Shown: piece by piece, positions 32,852 through 38,389 of the stretch
Position numbering within the stretch: the first letter of the stretch is position 1
How the letters are laid out: each line of letters opens with the position of its first letter
Virus record (IMG/VR): IMGVR_UViG_3300028114_000002
DNA length: 38,389 nt
Origin: a virus
Direction: 5' to 3' (one strand)
The notes under the pieces: model-generated
What the model saw: only the letters and a program-made list of their open reading frames with translations
What the model was told of the DNA's origin: nothing
The model's database searches: none
Position numbers and translations under genes: made by a program

Positions 32852-34680
32852 TTGTCACCGACTCCAATTTTGAAGAGGTCGTAGGCCTGCTCTCCCGCAG
32901 CGGGGAGTACGGCCTGGACTGCGAAACCACGGGGCTTGATTTCAAGGCTCGCTTGTTTTCGATCATCATTGCGAGTCGTGAACAGTCCTATTATTTCAAT
33001 TTCCACGACTACGGGGACGGGACGCCGGTACTTCCGCGCTCACGTATCCGGGCAATGCAGCCCGTCTTCCTCGGGCAATCGATTTTTTACATTTCGAATG
33101 CGAAGTTTGATCTCCGAATGCTGCGGCACGAAGGGCTTGAGGTAGAGTCCCACGTTTTCTGCACAAACGCACTGGGCCGGGTGCTTAAGAACAATTACTT
33201 CGGGCCGAAGGCCTACTCGCTAGAATCCTGGGCTCAGCGGCTTGGCGACGCCAAGGACGATGCCGTCATGGACTACGTGGTTGAGCACAAGCTCTACTCG
33301 GTTGAGAATATTCCAGGGAAGAAAAAAGAATTTAAGCGGATGCGCTTTTGGGAAGTCCCCGCGAGCATCATGATTCCCTACGGGGAGAAGGATGCTGAGC
33401 TTCACTTGAAGGTCGGATCGCATATTGCAGCGGGGATTAAGTCGCTGAACGCTCCCGGATCTCCGGGAAATATTCAACGGCTGGCTGAGAACGAGGCGCA
33501 GCTAACAAAGGTCTGCTTTGACATGGAGTGGGCAGGCATCCGCATTGATCGTGATTACGTAAGGAAGGCACAGGCCTATGAAGAAGAGCAAATTTCCCGC
33601 TTCACCGAACGTTTCCGTGAGTTATCGGGTGAGACGTTCCGGGACTCGTCGAGTTTTCTGGCCGGTGTCTTCAAGCAAGCCGGCTACACCGACTTGCCCA
33701 CAACCGACAAAGGAAACCCAAGCTTCACCGACGACAACCTCGACGATCTCGGAGGAGACCTTGCTCAGAGCGTGCGAGATATTCGCTTTCATGCCAAGCG
33801 AGTCGGAACTTATTACTCCTCTTTTTTGCACTACGCCGACGGAGAGGACCGAATCCACCCAGACATGAAGCAATCGGGCACTGAGACGGGACGCTTCAGC
33901 TACGCTGATCCGAACCTACAGAACGTGCCGAAAGAGGAGAACACCACACATGCTACCACCCCTTCTATCGTACGCTGTAGTTTCGTGCCTGATCCTGGTG
34001 ACGTGTTTGTTATGGTGGATTACTCACAGCAGGAGTTTCGACTCATGCTCGACTACGCCGGAGAAACCAAGCTCATCGATGCCATCAACCAGGGGGCAGA
34101 CGTTCACCAAGCCACTGCAGATATGTTGGGCATCTCGCGACAATATGCGAAGACAGTTAACTTTGCGCTTCTCTACGGAGCAGGACCGGCAAAGATGGCT
34201 CGAATGCTTTCGATACCTGAGTTCGAGGCACGGGATCTCCGCGCGCTTTACTTCGGAAGGCTTCCTCGAGTGCAGCGCTTTATCACGCAAGTCATCGATC
34301 GTGGTCGAGCCCGCGGTTACGTGGTTAATTGGGCGGGTAGGCGTTGCCACATCGATTCACCCGACTACGCCTACATTCTCCCCAATCACCTGATCCAGGG
34401 AGGAGGCGCGGATGTCATCAAGTTCGCCATGGTGCAGATCCACGCGCTCTTGCAGGAGAAAACCGGCGGGCGGTCGAGCATGCGGCTGCAGGTCCATGAT
34501 GAGGTGGTCTTCCAATTTAACCCTCGCGATCTCGAGCTAGTTCCAGAAATCCGTCGTATCATGGAGGGGATCTATCGTCCCTTCAACGGGATGAAACTTA
34601 CCACGTCGTGTGACCACTCCTGGAAATCCTGGGGGGCACCCGACAAAGAGAAGGGGCTCCCTGGGGATGAGACGGCCTGA
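32848..34680 (+). CDS. Family-A DNA polymerase with its own 3'-5' exonuclease domain (610 aa)
   Basis: Exo motifs LDCETTGLD and SNAKFDLRML. Polymerase motif A DYSQQEFRL, motif B RQYAKTVNFALLYGAG and motif C LQVHDEVVF. I chose GTG 32848; the track's upstream 86 codons overlap the RHH gene and read as off-frame R/P/C-rich sequence. Confidence 0.9.
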   Translation: MIVTDSNFEEVVGLLSRSGEYGLDCETTGLDFKARLFSIIIASREQSYYFNFHDYGDGTPVLPRSRIRAMQPVFLGQSIFYISNAKFDLRMLRHEGLEVESHVFCTNALGRVLKNNYFGPKAYSLESWAQRLGDAKDDAVMDYVVEHKLYSVENIPGKKKEFKRMRFWEVPASIMIPYGEKDAELHLKVGSHIAAGIKSLNAPGSPGNIQRLAENEAQLTKVCFDMEWAGIRIDRDYVRKAQAYEEEQISRFTERFRELSGETFRDSSSFLAGVFKQAGYTDLPTTDKGNPSFTDDNLDDLGGDLAQSVRDIRFHAKRVGTYYSSFLHYADGEDRIHPDMKQSGTETGRFSYADPNLQNVPKEENTTHATTPSIVRCSFVPDPGDVFVMVDYSQQEFRLMLDYAGETKLIDAINQGADVHQATADMLGISRQYAKTVNFALLYGAGPAKMARMLSIPEFEARDLRALYFGRLPRVQRFITQVIDRGRARGYVVNWAGRRCHIDSPDYAYILPNHLIQGGGADVIKFAMVQIHALLQEKTGGRSSMRLQVHDEVVFQFNPRDLELVPEIRRIMEGIYRPFNGMKLTTSCDHSWKSWGAPDKEKGLPGDETA

Positions 34681-34993
34681 GTCAGAGAAGGCGTTTGCAG
34701 CGAGGGTCAGAAAAGAAATCGAGGCGATGCCCCGTACGTGGTGCTTTAAGCCCTTCACCGGCTCGGTACGTGGGATCCCGGATCTCATTTGCTGTGTGTC
34801 CGGGTGGTTTGTGTCGCTTGAGTTCAAGAAAGCCGGCGCTGCCAAGGACTCATCGAGAGAGAGGCTGCAGGAATATGTGGCCTCAAAGATTCGGTTTGCG
34901 GGGGCGCCCATTGCTGAGCACCGTGTGACCCCGGCTTCCTGGCCTGCGATTCGCGAGCGGCTTGTGCAAATGGCGGGAGAGACTTTCTCTTAA
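34667..34993 (+). CDS. VRR-NUC / PD-(D/E)xK nuclease (108 aa)
   Basis: EKAFAARVRKEIE...GIPDLICCV...VSLEFKK fits the E...PD...(D/E)xK pattern. The ATG at 34667 overlaps the polymerase end by 14 nt. Confidence 0.6.
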   Translation: MRRPESEKAFAARVRKEIEAMPRTWCFKPFTGSVRGIPDLICCVSGWFVSLEFKKAGAAKDSSRERLQEYVASKIRFAGAPIAEHRVTPASWPAIRERLVQMAGETFS

Positions 34994-35418
34994 AGCCTGC
35001 GGTAATCGTAGTAGTCTTTTGAGAAGCACTTGATTCCGCTCATTTTCCAGATGTCGTCAACTCCGATGCGCTCCTCGACTTCGACCCGCTTGATACAGGC
35101 ACCTAGGAAAGTGCGCATGCACTTGTACGTGTGGTGGAAAATGCAGGGAGCGTCCGCACAAAACAGGTAGCGCTTATCCGCAAACTTGCAGACGAAATCA
35201 GCACTGCGAAGCGTGCTACGCAGGAACGCGTCCTCTAGATCAAGCTTCCGGTACTCAAGCTTTAGGCAGTCGGTGCCTTTGACTTCCGAGCACCGGGTTG
35301 TGACAAGGCCCTTCTCGCTCTCGGATGCAATAAAGATTTGCCGCACGAGATCCGGGAACTGCGTGATGGATCTCTCGGTTGCACATGCGGTAAAGAAAAG
35401 GGCCAGCAGGTATTTCAT
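34990..35418 (-). CDS. Cysteine-rich lipoprotein (142 aa)
   Basis: MKYLLALFFTAC has a lipobox-like FTAC. There are eight further Cys in the mature part. Last gene of the leftward arm. Its stop shares TTAA (34990..34993) with the convergent VRR-NUC stop. Confidence 0.65.
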   Translation of the reverse strand: MKYLLALFFTACATERSITQFPDLVRQIFIASESEKGLVTTRCSEVKGTDCLKLEYRKLDLEDAFLRSTLRSADFVCKFADKRYLFCADAPCIFHHTYKCMRTFLGACIKRVEVEERIGVDDIWKMSGIKCFSKDYYDYRRL

Positions 35419-35699
35419 TTCGTGAGCTCAAGCCCAGCCGAGAGGTACTTGTTGAGCGCTGCCTCTTCGACCTTCAGTAGATCGTAGAGCTCAGCGATCA
35501 GAGCCATGTCCTGCTTATCTTGTTTCTTTTCTTCCGCCAAAATGTCCATCTGCACTTTACGCCAGCGCTCGATCGGCTCACGCTTGAGCTTGACCAGCCC
35601 CTTCTCGGCAAAAATCTCGATGATCGAGAGCGCCGTGTTGAGTGCCGTCATGCCCGGGATGAGCGAATCCGTTGCTGGCAGGGGTACAACAATGTCCAT
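35415..35699 (-). CDS. Hypothetical protein (94 aa), helical and charged
   Basis: ATGA overlap with the lipoprotein gene (35415..35418). No motif recognised. Confidence 0.5.
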   Translation of the reverse strand: MDIVVPLPATDSLIPGMTALNTALSIIEIFAEKGLVKLKREPIERWRKVQMDILAEEKKQDKQDMALIAELYDLLKVEEAALNKYLSAGLELTK

Positions 35700-35705
35700 G
35701 GCAGC

Positions 35706-35846
35706 TTAGGCTTTGCCGAGGAATTTCTTCAGGCCGTTGATGACAAGCTGAACAATGCTGTTTGACTTGAAGGCCGGGATCAAAGCAAGAGCTTCAGACA
35801 CCGCGAGAAGCGCACCGAGAATGAGAGCGATCGTCGAATTTTCCAT
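35706..35846 (-). CDS. 46-aa membrane peptide MENSTIALILGALLAVSEALALIPAFKSNSIVQLVINGLKKFLGKA, a holin candidate (below the ORF-track cutoff)
   Basis: Translated by hand. The ATG at 35846 is preceded by GGGGGAA, 18 nt after the endolysin stop. It has a hydrophobic helix plus an amphipathic C-terminus. Confidence 0.5.
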   Translation of the reverse strand: MENSTIALILGALLAVSEALALIPAFKSNSIVQLVINGLKKFLGKA

Positions 35847-35863
35847 TTTGTTCCCCCGAAACG

Positions 35864-36358
35864 CTAGGTTTTCCTAGCTACCCAAGGATCCAGGAACCCC
35901 ACAATGGAGAACCTTGGAAACCCTTTTAAGTTACGCTTGACACGATAGACCCCATCGCCGTCCGAATCAAGGCCGGAAGGGTTTACATTTCCCTCGACCG
36001 TCAAAAAATTACCCTTGCGATCGGGCGAGGTCTCAACGATGCCGGCATGCCCGCGCCCTGAGTCATCCGTTCGCTTCCAAATGATGATGCGCCCGGGGCT
36101 GGCCTCTTTTCGCTGGTAAAGCTTGTTGCGATTCCAGAGGGTGAGGCAGTGCTCTGAAAATTGGATGTGATCCAGGCCCGACTGCTCGGCTACTTTCTGC
36201 AGGACAGTGCACACAAACGCTGCACACCAAGGCTCGCCCTGCGCCACGCCGTCTACCGTCTTCTGGAAGCCTTCAATGATGTCGCCGGCATTGGCGCCTG
36301 ACTCGTGGACGCCGAGATAGATTCTAGCCATGTTCACGGTTGCTAGGTGCAGATCCAT
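35864..36358 (-). CDS. Endolysin, NlpC/P60-CHAP-type cysteine peptidase or amidase (164 aa)
   Basis: EPWCAAFV (catalytic Cys context), GRGHAGIV (His) and TVEGNVN match the TIGR02594-type phage cell-wall hydrolase pattern, from memory. TAATG overlap with the upstream gene. Confidence 0.75.
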   Translation of the reverse strand: MDLHLATVNMARIYLGVHESGANAGDIIEGFQKTVDGVAQGEPWCAAFVCTVLQKVAEQSGLDHIQFSEHCLTLWNRNKLYQRKEASPGRIIIWKRTDDSGRGHAGIVETSPDRKGNFLTVEGNVNPSGLDSDGDGVYRVKRNLKGFPRFSIVGFLDPWVARKT

Positions 36359-36645
36359 TAGCGTATCCGCTTCAGCTCTCCGCTGATCTCGCCCAGCTTA
36401 CGATTCATGTCTTGGAGGGTTGCCTGCAACCGTTCCTCTTTATCATCTAGCCGGGTTTCGATCACGCCAAATCGAGTGACACTTGCGGCCTGCGCCTCGG
36501 CCTGGGCGTACTTCAGCGTGTTGATGTCGGCTCTAAGCATCGTAAACCAAATCGTACACGGGATCACGACGGCGCTTAGAAACCAAACCAGGCCTCGGAG
36601 CAGTTGCCCCGAAACCCCTGCGATCTTGTTGTGCCATTCGGCCAT
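36358..36645 (-). CDS. Membrane-anchored coiled-coil protein (95 aa). Candidate i-spanin or holin/antiholin.
   Basis: TM segment GLVWFLSAVVIPCTIWFTML, followed by a heptad-like A/Q/E/L/K region. Directly upstream of the endolysin. Confidence 0.5.
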   Translation of the reverse strand: MAEWHNKIAGVSGQLLRGLVWFLSAVVIPCTIWFTMLRADINTLKYAQAEAQAASVTRFGVIETRLDDKEERLQATLQDMNRKLGEISGELKRIR

Positions 36646-36648
36646 GAG

Positions 36649-37392
36649 CTATCCCCCGCAGACAGCCATTCTAAACGGATTTTTCGGATCGCGGTAGTAG
36701 CCTTTGACCCAGTTTTCTCGTGGCCCGCGGTTTGTTTCATGCACTTTTATGCAGCCATCAATCCACGCTTTCCCCCACCAGGGGAGCTTCACTTTCCGTA
36801 GGAATTTGATGCGGAGATCAGCCAGCCCCCAGTTTTTTGAGAGCCGCAGCCCTAGCCCCAGCCAGAGAAGCGAGATCGGATCGGGCTCCTCACCTGCTGC
36901 CAGCTCAAGGATTGCCCAGTCACCAGGCTGAAGCATCTCAGTCCACGACCAACGTCCGGGATCGCGGGGGTTGTACTGAAACCAGTGCTTGCGCCCATAC
37001 TCGAGAATCGCCCAGGCATGCCCTGAATTGTAGTGGTGCGAGAGGATTGCAAGCGACACCACGTTGTCGTGCGACTGCCCGATGTCAAGCGGCACGAGGT
37101 CGCCTTCTGCATTCTCAAATCTGAGCTCGTGCCCAGGCCACCGCCCGTGGAGCCCCGGCTCAATCTCAGTCAGCTCCATGTGGCGCTTAAAAGCCAGGAA
37201 CCCTTCCACTGATCTCGCCTCCGGGTCAAGCTCAAGGAGCCCCTGCGCCAGCGCGTAGCTCGCGTTCTCGTTGGTTGAGCGCACAGGATATTTCGGACTC
37301 AACGGGGGAGCTAGGTTGCCCGGCTCATCTTCAAACAAACCCCCGCCATCGGGAGCAATGTAGCGCTCGACGAAGGCGGAGAGGTGGTCCAT
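36649..37392 (-). CDS. Hypothetical protein (247 aa) immediately downstream of the junction-spanning fibre-like gene
   Basis: TAATG overlap with the fibre-like gene stop (37392). Trp/His-rich. No motif recognised. It could be an assembly factor or an enzyme. Confidence 0.45.
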   Translation of the reverse strand: MDHLSAFVERYIAPDGGGLFEDEPGNLAPPLSPKYPVRSTNENASYALAQGLLELDPEARSVEGFLAFKRHMELTEIEPGLHGRWPGHELRFENAEGDLVPLDIGQSHDNVVSLAILSHHYNSGHAWAILEYGRKHWFQYNPRDPGRWSWTEMLQPGDWAILELAAGEEPDPISLLWLGLGLRLSKNWGLADLRIKFLRKVKLPWWGKAWIDGCIKVHETNRGPRENWVKGYYRDPKNPFRMAVCGG

Positions 37393-38389
37393 TAGTTTCC
37401 GACCCTCTCGACGTTGAAATAAGTATTTGCAATAACTCCCGAAATTGTGAGTGTGCTTGCCGAGTTGTTTCCAAGGCCGTATAGGAAGATTTCAACGTAA
37501 TCCCCAGCATTCAACTGAAGCGTCGTGCTTCCATTGAACGCGTTGATTGTCGTTGCGGCAGATGTTCTGTACCCAAACAGACGAGCGGACGCTCCGTTTT
37601 TATATAGGTAAAGCCCGTAATCGGATGCGAGCACGTTCGCGGAGGCAAGTAGGACTGCAGCACTTACGCGATACTTACCTGACACCGGGGCCGTGAACCG
37701 ACTATTGCCGGAGCTAAACGATCCAGTTGTATCGAAGACTGCGGAAGAGAAGGCCACCTTAACGAAACTATTGTTCGTTGCTACTCCTGTTTGGTTAGCC
37801 CCTCCAAGTGTTGCATCCATCGCGACTGTCTCACTGGCCGCGATCTGCGATGGGCCGGAGATTCGGGAGATGGAGAAGTAGTTGTCAGCAACACCTCCTC
37901 CGACGTTTAATGCTCCACCTGAGTTTTGGAAGACTTGAATCCCTACCGTGTCCCCTGCGTTAAACAAATATTCTGTTGCACCATTCAAAAACGTACCTGC
38001 AGAAGCCGTAGGGCCGAATATGTATGCCAGTGTCCGGATATTGCTTCCGTTTACACGCAGACGAACCTCACGACCGTTGGTCGAGCTTGCGGCAAAAGCT
38101 ACTTGAGTCGTAATCCTATACCAGCCAGGGACTGGAATCGTATAGAGACTTGTACCGGTATTCCAAGCCCCGTGCGTGTCGCTGATTGCGGCGTCGAAAG
38201 CTACCAGTGTTCCGGTACTGTCTGGAATCGACTGAGTGGCTGCGCGGCCTGTAGTCATCGCTACGACGCGAGTGTCCGTCTCAGACGACATCTGCACTTG
38301 AGACGACCATCCGGTGATGGGGACGAGGAAAGATCCGCCAAAAACCGTGTTGTTGGCCCAAGCCGTCCCTAACGTGCCATTGAAATAAT
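37392..38389 (-). CDS. 3' (C-terminal) part of the junction-spanning gene: two tandem C1q/TNF-like jelly-roll domains
   Basis: The frame stays open from the stop at 37392 to the window end. The track's GTG start at 38297 is internal. The two ~130-aa units each carry VAFDAAISDTHGAW...YTIPVPGWYRIT...RLRVNGS...LFNAGDTVGIQV...NYFSISRI or VFDTTGSF...RFTAPVSGKYRVS...LYKNGAS...LQLNAGDYVEIF...TYFNVERV. These match the C1q globular-domain pattern F..V..N.G......G.F..P..G.Y.F......L..NG......L.L..GD.V......F.G.L. Confidence 0.8.
   Translation of the reverse strand, partial: YFNGTLGTAWANNTVFGGSFLVPITGWSSQVQMSSETDTRVVAMTTGRAATQSIPDSTGTLVAFDAAISDTHGAWNTGTSLYTIPVPGWYRITTQVAFAASSTNGREVRLRVNGSNIRTLAYIFGPTASAGTFLNGATEYLFNAGDTVGIQVFQNSGGALNVGGGVADNYFSISRISGPSQIAASETVAMDATLGGANQTGVATNNSFVKVAFSSAVFDTTGSFSSGNSRFTAPVSGKYRVSAAVLLASANVLASDYGLYLYKNGASARLFGYRTSAATTINAFNGSTTLQLNAGDYVEIFLYGLGNNSASTLTISGVIANTYFNVERVGN
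38263..38389. repeat. Terminal direct repeat, copy 2 (identical to 1..127)
   Basis: See copy 1. Confidence 0.95.

Noticed and set aside
34990-35418. Calling the lipoprotein an o-spanin or a unimolecular spanin
   Set aside because: It is much longer than typical o-spanins, is separated from the i-spanin-like gene by three genes, and lacks the C-terminal transmembrane segment that a u-spanin needs.
1-38389. Diversity-generating retroelement, integrase/lysogeny module, tRNAs, and toxin-antitoxin or other defence islands
   Set aside because: I looked for a reverse transcriptase (YxDD), template/variable repeat pairs near the fibre genes, tyrosine or serine recombinase motifs, CI/Cro-type switch genes, and tRNA T-loop signatures (GTTCGAATC-like). 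None was found. The RHH and HTH genes have no adjacent toxin-like partner.

Overview
The window is a complete phage genome. The first 127 bp (1..127) are identical to the last 127 bp (38263..38389), so the unique circle is about 38,262 bp. It is a tailed dsDNA podovirus with a T7-supergroup virion module: T7-like portal, tubular proteins A and B, three internal core proteins, and a fibre with a T7 gp17-type N-terminus. I found no phage RNA polymerase, integrase, reverse transcriptase, CRISPR array, tRNA or rRNA.

There are two transcription arms.
- The leftward arm runs from 21022 down to 1, wraps through the junction, and continues to 34990. It carries small and large terminase, portal, scaffold, capsid, tubular A/B, a GNAT-fold pair, core proteins, fibre 1, a second fibre-like gene that spans the junction, and lysis and lipoprotein genes.
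- The rightward arm runs 21351..34993. It starts with a train of small early genes with overlapping stop/start codons. These are followed by an AEP primase-polymerase/SF3 helicase, an SNF2 helicase, an SSB-like protein, a DnaQ exonuclease, an RHH protein, family-A DNA polymerase and a VRR-NUC nuclease.
- The arms diverge at a palindrome-rich control region (21023..21350) and converge at a shared TTAA (34990..34993).

The main second-look items are:
1. A 646-aa gene that the ORF track misses because it crosses the contig junction. It has a signal peptide and two C1q-like domains.
2. The 9-mer TGCAGGGGG/CCCCCTGCA, present 11 times in several reading frames.
3. A coding-frame switch inside the small-terminase ORF.
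4. A perfect 33-unit GGC-NNC hexanucleotide array encoding (S/D/Y-G)33, open in three frames.
5. A leftward promoter plus strong terminator pair that could make an ~80-nt RNA, reminiscent of lambda oop.

All functional calls rest on motif recognition by eye and remembered family signatures. No database search was run.
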